From NCBI GenBank assembly GCA_963700145.1, contig OY969474.1, positions 2,592,001 to 2,656,000 of the forward strand: 64,000 bases of DNA, written 5' to 3'. Numbering within the stretch: position 1 is the stretch's first letter; every line of letters begins with the position of its first letter. The DNA comes from an uncultured Acidobacteriota bacterium. Lineage in GTDB: Bacteria; Acidobacteriota; Thermoanaerobaculia; Multivoradales; UBA5704. The notes under the pieces are model-generated. The model was not told the origin of the DNA and searched no databases. It saw only the letters and a list, made by a program, of their open reading frames with translations. Of the stretch, positions 1 to 15,553 are shown one piece after another. A program made the translations under genes and the position numbers.

Positions 1-28
1 CCCGAAGTTTGGATCCACGCCGTCTGAG

Positions 29-58
29 TGAGGTGGTTTGGTTTACCAAACCACCTCA
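29..58. repeat. Perfect 14-bp inverted repeat
   Basis: tgaggtggtttggt-tt-accaaaccacctca; function unknown (operator, terminator or element end). Confidence 0.7.
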
Positions 59-203
59 TCCCACTTCTCTCCCAGCTCATACAATTTTCCCCGGTCGTGG
101 AGAACAAATGCTCGATCAAATTGGCCGCAATGCGTACGATTTTATACTGCCTGGACATCGCTAGAATCACCTGCGCCTAACGTTATTCGCGTGAGCGGCA
201 GCG

Positions 204-1145
204 TCAGCCGTCCGTTCCACGCGCTGGGTAAGTGATGTTGGTGAAGTGGTCCCATAGCTCCCAAAGGGGCAAGAACCCGCGTCTAGAAGTCTCGATCGCG
301 GTAACCGTTCGTTGGCCGCTAGCTTCAGGCGACTGCAAGCGTGCGTACATCTGATACCCATCTTCGCCTGGGGGAGGTAAAGTTACAGCAGCATAGTGGT
401 TGCTCTCGGCGTCGAGACGAAGCATGACCATAAAACATTGAAACTCGACTGGCCGGCTGACGACAGTTACTACGGGCATTGAGAGTTCCGAAGGTATCGG
501 CTCCTGAAGGCGCCAGATTATTCCATTGAACACGCCGGTGTGATCGAACGGATTCTGGATTTGTCTATTCACACTCTTCCCGCTTACATCCAGGACATAA
601 CGGTAGCCAAAGCATCGAAACATCAGCAAGTAGGCGGCTCGCACGAGGCCAGCCAGACTGCGCATTTGGTTGTACCCAAAGTTCAGTGTGAAGTGTATCT
701 CGTGCTGCCCGGTCAGTAATTCTTGGTGCGCAGCTGCGAGCTTTCTGGGGTCTGATTGCCTAGGAATGCGCATGATATCTAAGAGGTCAGACTCTGACCG
801 CGGAAGGTGCACCTGCGCGCCGAACTCACCTTTGCCTATTCGAACCCGTGCAGGAAGACGGTACCTTCCCGTCTCGGCTCTAACTCGCTGGATCAGATGG
901 GCGTCCAGCTCACTTCCCTGTTCGTTATTACACCTGCGACAAGTGAGAGTAACTAGGCGTCCTCCCAGTTGTTCTGGAACGATGTGCTCCTCAGCTACGA
1001 CATCGCGGAGTGGAGTAGCCCGCTGGATGACCTTATAACAGAGTGGACAGCCAAAGTGTCCCTTGAATCTGGGGGCGTAGCGCTCCAGATCAGCCGAGTA
1101 TCCAGTGAAGAGCCTCTCAAGTTTGGATGGCACGGTCACTGCCAC
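204..1145 (-). CDS. HNH endonuclease (HNH_5-like), lower-GC accessory gene
   Basis: CPLC...EEHIVPEQLGG...TCRRCNN zinc-finger/HNH signature in the N-terminal part; GC visibly lower than flanks. Confidence 0.8.
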   Translation of the reverse strand: MAVTVPSKLERLFTGYSADLERYAPRFKGHFGCPLCYKVIQRATPLRDVVAEEHIVPEQLGGRLVTLTCRRCNNEQGSELDAHLIQRVRAETGRYRLPARVRIGKGEFGAQVHLPRSESDLLDIMRIPRQSDPRKLAAAHQELLTGQHEIHFTLNFGYNQMRSLAGLVRAAYLLMFRCFGYRYVLDVSGKSVNRQIQNPFDHTGVFNGIIWRLQEPIPSELSMPVVTVVSRPVEFQCFMVMLRLDAESNHYAAVTLPPPGEDGYQMYARLQSPEASGQRTVTAIETSRRGFLPLWELWDHFTNITYPARGTDG

Positions 1146-1340
1146 TTAACCTCTGTTTCTACGACTCACCGAAGGTCGGCATGGCGGCATAGGCGACACG
1201 TACTTCGCCTATGCTCGGCTGCCAAGATCCAGGGCGCGCAAGTTCTGGCCCTGAACCGGTTAACGGGAGCATACACTTGGGGTAATGGGCTTCTGCGGCG
1301 CGGCAGGGGCGCCTATGCATCCGCGGTAAAGCGGCGCGGA

Positions 1341-1778
1341 GCCGAACCGAGTGGGTCGGCGGCCGATGGGTTGGGTTGACCGCCGAATGGACTGGGCCGG
1401 CGGCCGAACTGAATGGGTCGGCGGCCGAATGGGCTGGGTCTGCGGCCGAATGGGCGGGGTCTGTGGCCGAATGGACTGGGTCTGCGGCCGAATGGGCTGG
1501 GTCGGCGAACGAATGGGCTGGGTCTGCGGACGAATGGGCTGGGTCGGTGACCGAATGGACTGGGTCTGCGGACGAATGGGCTGGGTCTGCGGACGAACCC
1601 ACTGGGTCGAGCTGCCGACCCAGCCCAATGGGCCGGCAACCCGTCCCAATGAGCCGCCAACCCACTCAAATGACCTGCCGATTCACCCCGATGGGCGCCC
1701 GACCCACTCCATTGGCCGGTCGACCCAGCCAGTCGAGCCGCCGACCCTCGCCATTCGTCGCCTGATCCCGTCCAGCGG

Positions 1779-1781
<3 letters not shown>
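1341..1781. repeat. 21-bp degenerate tandem array with internal orientation reversal
   Basis: ~13 units of gccgaatgggctgggtc(t/g)gcg (1341-1612), then ~8 units resembling its reverse complement gccgacccagcccattcggcc (1614-1781). Confidence 0.85.
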
Positions 1782-4637
<2,856 letters not shown>

Positions 4638-4679
4638 AGAGCCGGCCATCGTAACAGAGGCGGCAAGCCCGGGATTTCC

Positions 4680-6791
4680 CTAGAACGCCTCGTCCAGCCC
4701 TCCGCAGTAGGTGCCCGCCGGGTTCCTGTAGGTCTCGACGGCGCCGGTCGTCGTGTCGGTCACCCGCAGCGTGTACTCCAGGTTGCTCAAGGCCCCCCAG
4801 ATGACCAGGATGCGGTTCCCCTGGTCGAGCACCTTGACCAGCAGCTCGACGTTGCGCGGGTCGGTGTAGGCGAAGCTGCCGGTCTCCTCGGTGAGCGGGA
4901 GGGCGATGCCGCGGCCGGAGGAACCGTCGAACTGGTTGCGCCAGTCGAGCTCGACCTGGAAGCGGGCGTGAGACAGGCAGAGGCGGTCCCTGCCCTTGGT
5001 GCAGCTCCCCACCTCGTGCGGCTCGGCTGCGAAGCTCATCTCCGCCGGGGGGGCGAGTGACGTCCTCCCGGAGATGCCGCGGCCGCGGGCCGCGGCGTCG
5101 AAGACCTGCGGGCTGAGCAGCGGGGCCGCACCTGCGGTCGAAGCGCCCGCGAAGCTGTCCAAACCGCCGCAGTTGTTCGGGCCGTTGCGATAGCGCCGCA
5201 CGAGGCCGGTCTTGACGTCCACGACACGGATCGTGAACTGCAGGTTGGTGAGCTGGCCGTAGAAGAAGCGGACCTCGTTGCTGAAGGGCAGCACCTTGAC
5301 CATCAGCTCGAGGTTGCTGGCGTCGCCGAAGTGGAAGTAGCCCGAGAGGTTGCCGGCCGCGACCGCCCGCCCCTCGCCGCTCGTGCCGTTGAACTGGCTG
5401 GTCCAGTCGACGTCCACGTAGTAGCGGTTGCCGAGCAGGCAGAGGTGGTCCGGGCCGGGGCGGCAGGAGGTCGGCACCGGCTCGCTCGCGGCGCGGCCGG
5501 TCGGCCGCACGACGAAGAGCCCCTGCTCGATGCCGCTGACGATGACGTTGCCGCTGGGGAAGAACGGGTAGACGTTCCAGGCGCCGCTGTAGCCGCTGGC
5601 GTCGTCCTGGGGGACGATGTCGAAGTAACCGAGCTCCTCCAGCCGTCCGGCGCCGATCTCCGCGACGTCGAGGATGCGCAGGCCGGCACGGTAGTTCGCC
5701 TGGAAGAGGCGCCCCTGGTAGATGTACTGGTTGTGGTCGGTGGCGGCCGTCGTCGCGGTGTAGGTCGCGAACTGCCGGGGCGCCGTCAGGTCGGAGAGGT
5801 CCCACAGGTACGTGCGGGTGTTGTGGTTGCGCTGGAACTCGTCGAACTCGTCGTCGAGCACCATGTGGCGGTGGTCCTCGGTGAGCCAGGCCTGGTGGGC
5901 GAAGCCGTTGCCCTCGTAGGTCTGCGCCGCGAGCAGGCGGGGCGCGCTCTTGTCCGAGACGTCGACGATGACCAGGGCGCCGGCGCTGCTGCCGAAGCAG
6001 ACCTCGTGGCCGCTGAAGCGCGTGTCCGGACCGCGATAGACCACGCACTGGGAGTCGTGGACGTAGGAATGGGTCGGGTGGGTGTAGCAGCCGGCGAAGG
6101 TCAGCACCGGGGCCCGGCGCGCGTCGATCATGTTGAAGCCGCCGCCGCACTGGTCGGAGCCGTTGGCGTAAACGAAGCCGGTGTCCTGGTTGACGGTCAC
6201 CGTATGGACCCGCCCGACCGTCTGGTAGCGGGCGGTGGCGGTGAGCAGCTGGCGCGCGCCGCGGAGGCGGCGGAGCTGCGTCAGGTCGTAGACCTGGATG
6301 CCGTGAGGCCCGACGCCGTCGGCGCCGATGAGGGCGAAGTTACGGTAGACGTTGACCTCCCGGTTCCCAGCTCGGGTGGTGGCGCCGGGCAGGTAGCCGA
6401 CGACCCGCGGGCTCGCCGGGACGGTGATGTCGACGAAGGAGGTCCCTTCGGCCAGCGGCACGATGGCGTACTCGCGCCGGGTCTGCGGGTCGGTCCAGCC
6501 CCAGATGCCGCGCGCCCGGTCGTCGGGCCGCGGGCTCAGCTCGCCCAGCGGCACGAAGCTCTGGAGGTCGACCCCGCGGCAGGGGTAGGGCCCGGCGAAG
6601 CCGTCGCGGCAGGCGGTGGCGCCGAGGGCGGCCGGTGTCGCGAGGAGCGGATCGCCCTCGCCTCCCGCGTGGTCTCCGTGCTCCCCGTGCGGCGCGACGA
6701 CGGCCTTGGGGCCGGACGCCGCCGCGGCGGCGGCGAGCAGGCCGAGCGAAAAGGCGAGGCGGAGACGGCGGCGCAAGACGGCTGACTTCAT
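4680..6791 (-). CDS. Secreted choice-of-anchor B family protein with two C-terminal Cys-bounded modules
   Basis: Signal peptide; C.dGfAg.YPC..VDL, IWGWTDP, YVHDSQC, HQAWLTED, DDEFDE, HNQY, GAWNVYPFFPSG motifs. Confidence 0.85.
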   Translation of the reverse strand: MKSAVLRRRLRLAFSLGLLAAAAAASGPKAVVAPHGEHGDHAGGEGDPLLATPAALGATACRDGFAGPYPCRGVDLQSFVPLGELSPRPDDRARGIWGWTDPQTRREYAIVPLAEGTSFVDITVPASPRVVGYLPGATTRAGNREVNVYRNFALIGADGVGPHGIQVYDLTQLRRLRGARQLLTATARYQTVGRVHTVTVNQDTGFVYANGSDQCGGGFNMIDARRAPVLTFAGCYTHPTHSYVHDSQCVVYRGPDTRFSGHEVCFGSSAGALVIVDVSDKSAPRLLAAQTYEGNGFAHQAWLTEDHRHMVLDDEFDEFQRNHNTRTYLWDLSDLTAPRQFATYTATTAATDHNQYIYQGRLFQANYRAGLRILDVAEIGAGRLEELGYFDIVPQDDASGYSGAWNVYPFFPSGNVIVSGIEQGLFVVRPTGRAASEPVPTSCRPGPDHLCLLGNRYYVDVDWTSQFNGTSGEGRAVAAGNLSGYFHFGDASNLELMVKVLPFSNEVRFFYGQLTNLQFTIRVVDVKTGLVRRYRNGPNNCGGLDSFAGASTAGAAPLLSPQVFDAAARGRGISGRTSLAPPAEMSFAAEPHEVGSCTKGRDRLCLSHARFQVELDWRNQFDGSSGRGIALPLTEETGSFAYTDPRNVELLVKVLDQGNRILVIWGALSNLEYTLRVTDTTTGAVETYRNPAGTYCGGLDEAF

Positions 6792-6876
6792 GGCGAGCTC
6801 CTTGCCGCCCTCACGGGAACCAGGACTTCAAACCAGCAGGGCTCCTATTCTACGCCGCTCGGCCCGTCTCCGCCGA

Positions 6877-7950
6877 CTAGGGCTCGGGCGCGGCGGCAGG
6901 GGAGCGCAGCCACGCCGCAGCCGCGGCGGCATCGTCGAGGCGCTTGGTTCCCGCGCATCGCGTGTCGCGCTGCGTGCGGCGCGCCAGCGCCTCCAGAGCG
7001 TAGGAGCGTGTGCCCAGCTCGCTCGGCCCCTTCTTCGGCGTCTTCTTCGGCGTCAGATACCCCTCGAGCCGCGCGAGATCGGCAGGCCCTCCGAGCGCCC
7101 CGGCCATCAGCACCATGCGCTCGCGTACCCACCACCAGTAGTCGGCGTCGAGCGGCAGCGTCGTGAAGAGGCGCGAGAACTCGGCGTGGGCGGCGGGCGG
7201 CGGGGCCGACGCCGGCGCGCCGTCCGGGCGCGGGAAGGCGTCGCGCACGATGTCGGCCGCGGCCGCGGCGCGCGCGTAGCGGCCGGCGGCGCGCGCTGAC
7301 GCGTAGCCGGCCCATTCCTCCGCCACGCGCATGCGGTACCTGCCGGCCTCGATCACGTTCGCCACCGCGACGAAATCGTGGGTCGTCGACCCGGAGACGC
7401 TGCCGGCGATCCCCCCCTCCACGCCGTCGTCGTCGCCTTCGCGCTCCTGCCGCGGATCGGCGACGAACTTCTTCTCGTAGACGCGGACGAAGAGCGCCGC
7501 GCGCGCCGCCCGTGTCGCGGCGCGGACGGCCTCGGCGGGCACGCTCCAGGTCGCGCAGTCCACCAGCGAGAGCGGCGCCGGCGGGCAGGACCGGTCCTCG
7601 TCGTCCCCGAGGCGCAGCACGCACTCGGTCGCCGACGCGCCGGCGCCTTCCGCGCTGACGTGGAGGAGCCGAAGGTGCGAGCCCGCCGGCTGCCCGTCCG
7701 AGCCGATCACGACCATCGCGTGGCCCGCCCCGCTCAAGACCGTGGCGGCGACCGGCTCGCCGCGCTCGGCGGTCTCCCCCGCGGGCGGGTCGGCGCCCCA
7801 CTCGGAGCCGCCCCCATCCTCCAGGATGATCTGGCGCACCCTCTCGGTGACGGGGTCGGGGCCCGCGGGCGCCGGCGCCGGCTCGGCACCCGACGCCGGG
7901 CCGCACCAGGCCGTGACGAGCACCGCCGCGCGGACGAGGGCCTGCCTCAT
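6877..7950 (-). CDS. Hypothetical secreted protein
   Basis: Signal-peptide-like N-terminus, host-like codon usage, TAGAAT upstream; no family recognised. Confidence 0.6.
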   Translation of the reverse strand: MRQALVRAAVLVTAWCGPASGAEPAPAPAGPDPVTERVRQIILEDGGGSEWGADPPAGETAERGEPVAATVLSGAGHAMVVIGSDGQPAGSHLRLLHVSAEGAGASATECVLRLGDDEDRSCPPAPLSLVDCATWSVPAEAVRAATRAARAALFVRVYEKKFVADPRQEREGDDDGVEGGIAGSVSGSTTHDFVAVANVIEAGRYRMRVAEEWAGYASARAAGRYARAAAAADIVRDAFPRPDGAPASAPPPAAHAEFSRLFTTLPLDADYWWWVRERMVLMAGALGGPADLARLEGYLTPKKTPKKGPSELGTRSYALEALARRTQRDTRCAGTKRLDDAAAAAAWLRSPAAAPEP

Positions 7951-7980
7951 AGCCACGAGGCCCTCATTCTACGCCGCCGC

Positions 7981-11254
<3,274 letters not shown>

Positions 11255-11288
11255 GGACGCATATACGAGCCCGGGCGCCGGGGGTTTG

Positions 11289-12272
11289 CTATTTGCTCGG
11301 CTGCCAGACGAGCTTCCCTTCGCGGTCGATGTAGCCGCGGGCGTCGCCGACCTGGACCTCTGCGAGGCCGCCGTTGAAGTCGAAGGCCTCCTCGTACTGC
11401 GGGTTGATGACGATCTTGCCGTCCTCGTCGACGTAGCCCCAGCGGCCGCCGACCTTGACCCGCGCCAGCCCGTCGGCGAAGGGGGCGACCGACTCGAACT
11501 GCGGCGTGATCGCGAGCTTCCCGTCCTCGCCGACGTAGCCGCCGCGGTCGCCGACGCCGACCGAGGCCAGCCCCTCGGAGAAGCTGTAGGCGTTGTCGAA
11601 CTGCGGCGCGATGACCACCTCGCCGTCCTCGTCGATGAAGCCGTAGCGGCCGTTGCTCTTGACCAGAGCCTTGCCCTCGGCGAAGGCGAAGGCCTCCTCG
11701 TACTGCGCCGGGACGGCCATCTGGCCGTCGCGGTCGATGAACCCCCAGCGCCCCCCGACCTTGACCGCCGCGCGCCCCTCGGAGAACGGCTGCGCCTCGT
11801 CGAACTGCGGGTTGATGGCGAACTTCCCCTCCTCGTCGATGTAGCCGTGGCGGCCGCCCACCCGCACCCGCGCCAGCCCCTGCTTGAAGTCGCCGGCGTC
11901 CTCGAACTGCGGCGGGATGACCACCTCGCCGTCGCGGTCGAGGTAGCCCATGCGCTCGCCCTCCTTGAAGGCGGCGAGCCCCTCGTAGAAGCTGAAGGCG
12001 TCGTCGAAGCGCGGGTTGATGGCGAAGCGCCCCTCCTCGTCGATGTAGCCGTAACGGCCGCCGATCTCGACCACCGCCAGCCCGTCCGTGAAGCCGTAGG
12101 CGCGGTCGAACTGCGGCGGGATGACCACTTCGCCCTCGCGGTCGATGTAGCCGACGCGCCCGTTCTGGGTGACGGCGAAGAGGCCGCTCGGGTTCTTCTC
12201 CGAGCGGCGGTCGCAGCCGGCGGCGAGGAGCAGCGCCAGCGCGGCGCTCGCGCAAAGTGTTCTTTGCTTCAT
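11289..12272 (-). CDS. WG (KWG) repeat lipoprotein
   Basis: Lipobox LAAGC; ~8 repeats of G(Y/F)ID..G..vI.PQF..A..F.eGLA.V. Confidence 0.9.
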   Translation of the reverse strand: MKQRTLCASAALALLLAAGCDRRSEKNPSGLFAVTQNGRVGYIDREGEVVIPPQFDRAYGFTDGLAVVEIGGRYGYIDEEGRFAINPRFDDAFSFYEGLAAFKEGERMGYLDRDGEVVIPPQFEDAGDFKQGLARVRVGGRHGYIDEEGKFAINPQFDEAQPFSEGRAAVKVGGRWGFIDRDGQMAVPAQYEEAFAFAEGKALVKSNGRYGFIDEDGEVVIAPQFDNAYSFSEGLASVGVGDRGGYVGEDGKLAITPQFESVAPFADGLARVKVGGRWGYVDEDGKIVINPQYEEAFDFNGGLAEVQVGDARGYIDREGKLVWQPSK

Positions 12273-12389
12273 GAGGCCTCCCTCCCAAAGCGGCCCGGCG
12301 CCGTAACGCCGCGCCCCTGCCGCGCGCCGATGGTGCCGGCGCGCCCGAAGAGGTTAGGCTCTTCGGCAGCGCGACTCAAGAGACCCCGA

Positions 12390-13841
12390 ATGCCGCGGAA
12401 CCTCGCCTTCTACGTCGTCGTGATCCTGCTCTTCGGGGCCGGGATCCTGGGCATCCTGCGCCTCGGGGCGGACCTCCAGCCCGCCGCGGCCCCGGCCGTC
12501 CCGGCCGCCGCGGCCGCGGGCGCGCCGGCTACCGCCCCCGCCTCCGCCGGCCTCGCCGGGACGGTGCGCGAGAACCTCCACCATCCGTTCGCCATCCTGC
12601 TCCTCCAGGTGCTCGTCATCGTCGTCGCCGCGCGCCTCCTCGGCGCCCTCTGCCGGCGCATCGAGCAGCCGCCGGTGATCGGCGAGATGATCGCCGGCAT
12701 CCTGCTCGGGCCGTCGCTCCTCGGGACGGTCGCGCCGGCCGCCCACGCCTTCCTCTTCCCCGCCGACTCGCTCGGCGCGCTGCGGCTCCTCAGCCAGATC
12801 GGCGTCGTCCTCTTCATGTTCGTGGTCGGCATCGAGCTCGACGTCCAGCACCTGCGCCGCCGCGCCGACGCCGCGGTCCTGGTGAGCCACGCCAGCATCG
12901 TCCTGCCGTTCTTCCTCGGCACGGCGGGCGCGCTGCTCTTCTACCGCGCCCTGGCGCCGGCCGGCGTCTCCTTCACCCCGTTCGCCCTCTTCATGGGTGT
13001 CGCGATGAGCATCACCGCCTTCCCGGTGCTGGCGCGGATCATCGAGGAGCGCGGGCTGGCGGGAAGCCACCTCGGCAGCATCGCCATCGCCTGCGCCGCG
13101 GTGGACGACGCCACCGCCTGGTGCCTGCTGGCCGTGGTCGTGGCGATCGTCAAGGCCGGCGGCGCGGCCGGCGCGGTGCCGACGATCGTCCTCACGCTGC
13201 TCTTCATCGCCGCCATGCTCTTCCTGCTCCGGCCGTGGCTGGCGCGGCGGGCGGAGCGGCGCCAGCCCCTGGAGAACGGGCGCAGCGCGGGGCTGCTCGC
13301 GGTGGTCCTCGTCTTCGTCTTCGCCGCCGCGCTCTTCACCGAGGTGATCGGCATCCACGCCCTCTTCGGCGCCTTCCTGGCCGGCGTGGCGATGCCCCCC
13401 GACCCCGCGCTCCGCCAGTTCCTGCGCGAGCGGATGGAGACCTTCAGCTCGGTCTTCCTGCTGCCGCTCTTCTTCGCCTTCACCGGCCTGCGCACGCAGA
13501 TCGGCCTCCTCGACGACCTCCGCGGCTGGCTCCTCTGCGCCGCGATCATCGGCCTGGCGATCGCCGGCAAGCTGGGCGGCAGCATGATCGCCGCGCGCTG
13601 GACCGGAATGGGCTGGGGGGACTCCTTCGCCCTGGGCGCCCTGATGAACACCCGCGGCCTGGTCGAGCTGATCGTCCTCAACCTGGGCTACGACCTCGGC
13701 ATCCTCTCGCCGCGCATCTTCGCCATGCTTGTCCTGATGGCCCTCGTCACGACCTTCATGACCGGGCCCCTGCTGAACCTCCTCGCCTGGTGGCGGCGGC
13801 GCACGGCGCCCGAGGCGGAGGCGGCGCGGGTCGCCGTCTGA
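12390..13841 (+). CDS. Cation:proton antiporter (CPA2/Kef-type)
   Basis: QPPVIGEMIAGILLGPS, SITAFPVLARI, AAVDD, MNTRGLVEL motifs; many TM helices. Confidence 0.92.
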   Translation: MPRNLAFYVVVILLFGAGILGILRLGADLQPAAAPAVPAAAAAGAPATAPASAGLAGTVRENLHHPFAILLLQVLVIVVAARLLGALCRRIEQPPVIGEMIAGILLGPSLLGTVAPAAHAFLFPADSLGALRLLSQIGVVLFMFVVGIELDVQHLRRRADAAVLVSHASIVLPFFLGTAGALLFYRALAPAGVSFTPFALFMGVAMSITAFPVLARIIEERGLAGSHLGSIAIACAAVDDATAWCLLAVVVAIVKAGGAAGAVPTIVLTLLFIAAMLFLLRPWLARRAERRQPLENGRSAGLLAVVLVFVFAAALFTEVIGIHALFGAFLAGVAMPPDPALRQFLRERMETFSSVFLLPLFFAFTGLRTQIGLLDDLRGWLLCAAIIGLAIAGKLGGSMIAARWTGMGWGDSFALGALMNTRGLVELIVLNLGYDLGILSPRIFAMLVLMALVTTFMTGPLLNLLAWWRRRTAPEAEAARVAV

Positions 13842-13850
13842 CGGCGAGCG

Positions 13851-14246
13851 CTAGAGGCTGAGGAACAGGAACACGACCCACAGCGCCAGGAAGAGGGCGG
13901 GGATCACGTAGGCAAGCATCAGCGTGCTCGAGATCGGCCGGTGACCCGCGAGCGTCTCGGCGTATTCGCCGGCCAGGCTCGCGACCCGGCGCTTGAGCTG
14001 CTTGAGGAGCTGGTACTGGCGTGCCTGCACGTACGCCCAGATCAGGCTCATCAGCACACCCAGGGTGCTCATGATCCGCAGCAAAAGCGTGTCTCGCGGC
14101 TGCGCGCCGAACAGAAAACCCGTGATGGCGACCAGCACGGACTGGATCACGAGGAAGAAGTTGAGCCGCTCGTTGAAGATGAGATCGTCGTGCAGCAGGT
14201 GTTGCCACAAGCGATCGACCGAGAAGTCACGCGCTTCGGCGCCCAT
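13851..14246 (-). CDS. Small 3-TM membrane protein, RipA-like
   Basis: ER.NFFL..QS.L motif followed by TM helices; family assignment tentative. Confidence 0.55.
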   Translation of the reverse strand: MGAEARDFSVDRLWQHLLHDDLIFNERLNFFLVIQSVLVAITGFLFGAQPRDTLLLRIMSTLGVLMSLIWAYVQARQYQLLKQLKRRVASLAGEYAETLAGHRPISSTLMLAYVIPALFLALWVVFLFLSL

Positions 14247-14314
14247 CGGCTTGGCCCTCCTTACGAACGCTGGCTGAGTGGACTTCTCAGGATAGCAGGG
14301 GCAGAATCCCTCGC

Positions 14315-15067
14315 GTGACGACCTCCGCGACGCGGAAATGCTTGGTGACGGTCGGCGCCCATCCCGACGACGCCGCGATCTTCTGGGGCGGCACCATCGC
14401 CAAGAGCGTCGACGAGGGCTGGCGCGTCATTTCCGTCATCGTCGATCGTGGCGCCGGAGCCCCGGTGTCCTCGGGTCTCGAGGGCGCCGACCTGGCGCGC
14501 GTGCGCGCCGAAGAGCTCGTGCGCGAGGCGTCGCGCTTGAAGGCCGAGCTCGTCCATCTGTCGCTCGGCGGCCTCCAGGATCCGGAGCATCAGAGATCGG
14601 CGCGGGAGGACCTGGAGCGGGTGCTGGCAGAGGCGCTGCCGCAACGCGTCATCACCCACCATCTGGAGGACAAGCACCCGACGCACGTCCTGTGCGCTCG
14701 GCTGACGCTCCAGGCACTGGCGCGGCGGGCGCGCAACGGCGAGACCGCGCCGGAGATCTGGCTGGCGGACGGTTGGGACCCGGTGAGCTCGCCGGACGTT
14801 TACGTCGACGTCACGCCGTACTTCAACACCAAGCTCGCCGCCATCGCGCAGCACAGCAGTCAACTCTTCGACTCGTCCTACATCGTCGGGTCCCTGGGAC
14901 TGGCGCTGTATCGCGCGTCGTTCGCCGAAACGCACGCGGTCTCCGATCCGAAGCGGGTCTTCGCGGAGGCATTCCGCACGCTCTCGCCCCGGGAGCTGCA
15001 GCGCTTCGCCGAGGAAGGAGAGCTGGCGCAGGCCACCGAAGCCGCCGCCGCCCCACTCGGCGGTTGA
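14315..15067 (+). CDS. PIG-L/LmbE family deacetylase
   Basis: GAHPDD and D.HPTH metal motifs; K.AAI..H.SQ. Confidence 0.88.
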   Translation: MTTSATRKCLVTVGAHPDDAAIFWGGTIAKSVDEGWRVISVIVDRGAGAPVSSGLEGADLARVRAEELVREASRLKAELVHLSLGGLQDPEHQRSAREDLERVLAEALPQRVITHHLEDKHPTHVLCARLTLQALARRARNGETAPEIWLADGWDPVSSPDVYVDVTPYFNTKLAAIAQHSSQLFDSSYIVGSLGLALYRASFAETHAVSDPKRVFAEAFRTLSPRELQRFAEEGELAQATEAAAAPLGG

Positions 15068-15214
15068 CGAGGACCTCGAAGCAGCGTTCAGGGATCTGCC
15101 AAGTTCGAAGGGCAGCTCGGTCCCTCGAGGGCGTGTTTTGGCACCTTCCCCTTTGAGGGAGCTGCCGCATACGGCGCAGCTCGGCCCGTCAACCGTTCCT
15201 CAAAGGAGACCCGC

Positions 15215-15553
15215 ATGAAGCCCAGAGCGATCTTCCTGGCCTTCGCCCTCCCGCTGCTGATCGTCCCCCTCGCGAGCGCCGATCAGGCTTCCGGCCCCGC
15301 GGCGAGCGAGATCCGGGCGGCGATTTTCTCCGACCCGGCGTCTCCGGATTGCGAGGACGAGGAGCTTGCCTGGCTCGAGCCCGCCCGCCAGGAGCGCAGC
15401 ATCCTCTGCGGGTCTTGCAGCCAACCGCTCTGCGTGGGCAAGCAGTGGGGGCAGTTCTGCAAGTACCAGGGCGGCAGGTACTACTACTGCCAGCCGGCGT
15501 ACGTCGTCTGCGACCCCGACGACTGCCAGTGCTGGACCGGGCCGCTGCCTTAG
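15215..15553 (+). CDS. Small secreted Cys-rich peptide precursor
   Basis: AAGGAG RBS; signal peptide; acidic spacer; C-terminal region with 8 Cys. Confidence 0.75.
   Translation: MKPRAIFLAFALPLLIVPLASADQASGPAASEIRAAIFSDPASPDCEDEELAWLEPARQERSILCGSCSQPLCVGKQWGQFCKYQGGRYYYCQPAYVVCDPDDCQCWTGPLP

Noticed and set aside
11289-12200. ~108-bp periodic nucleotide repeats
   Set aside because: Explained by WG protein repeats
12320-12389. Two hairpins upstream of the antiporter, suggesting a fluoride or nhaA riboswitch
   Set aside because: gatggtg loop is present but the downstream pseudoknot partner is missing; TAGGCT in the second loop is more simply a -10 box
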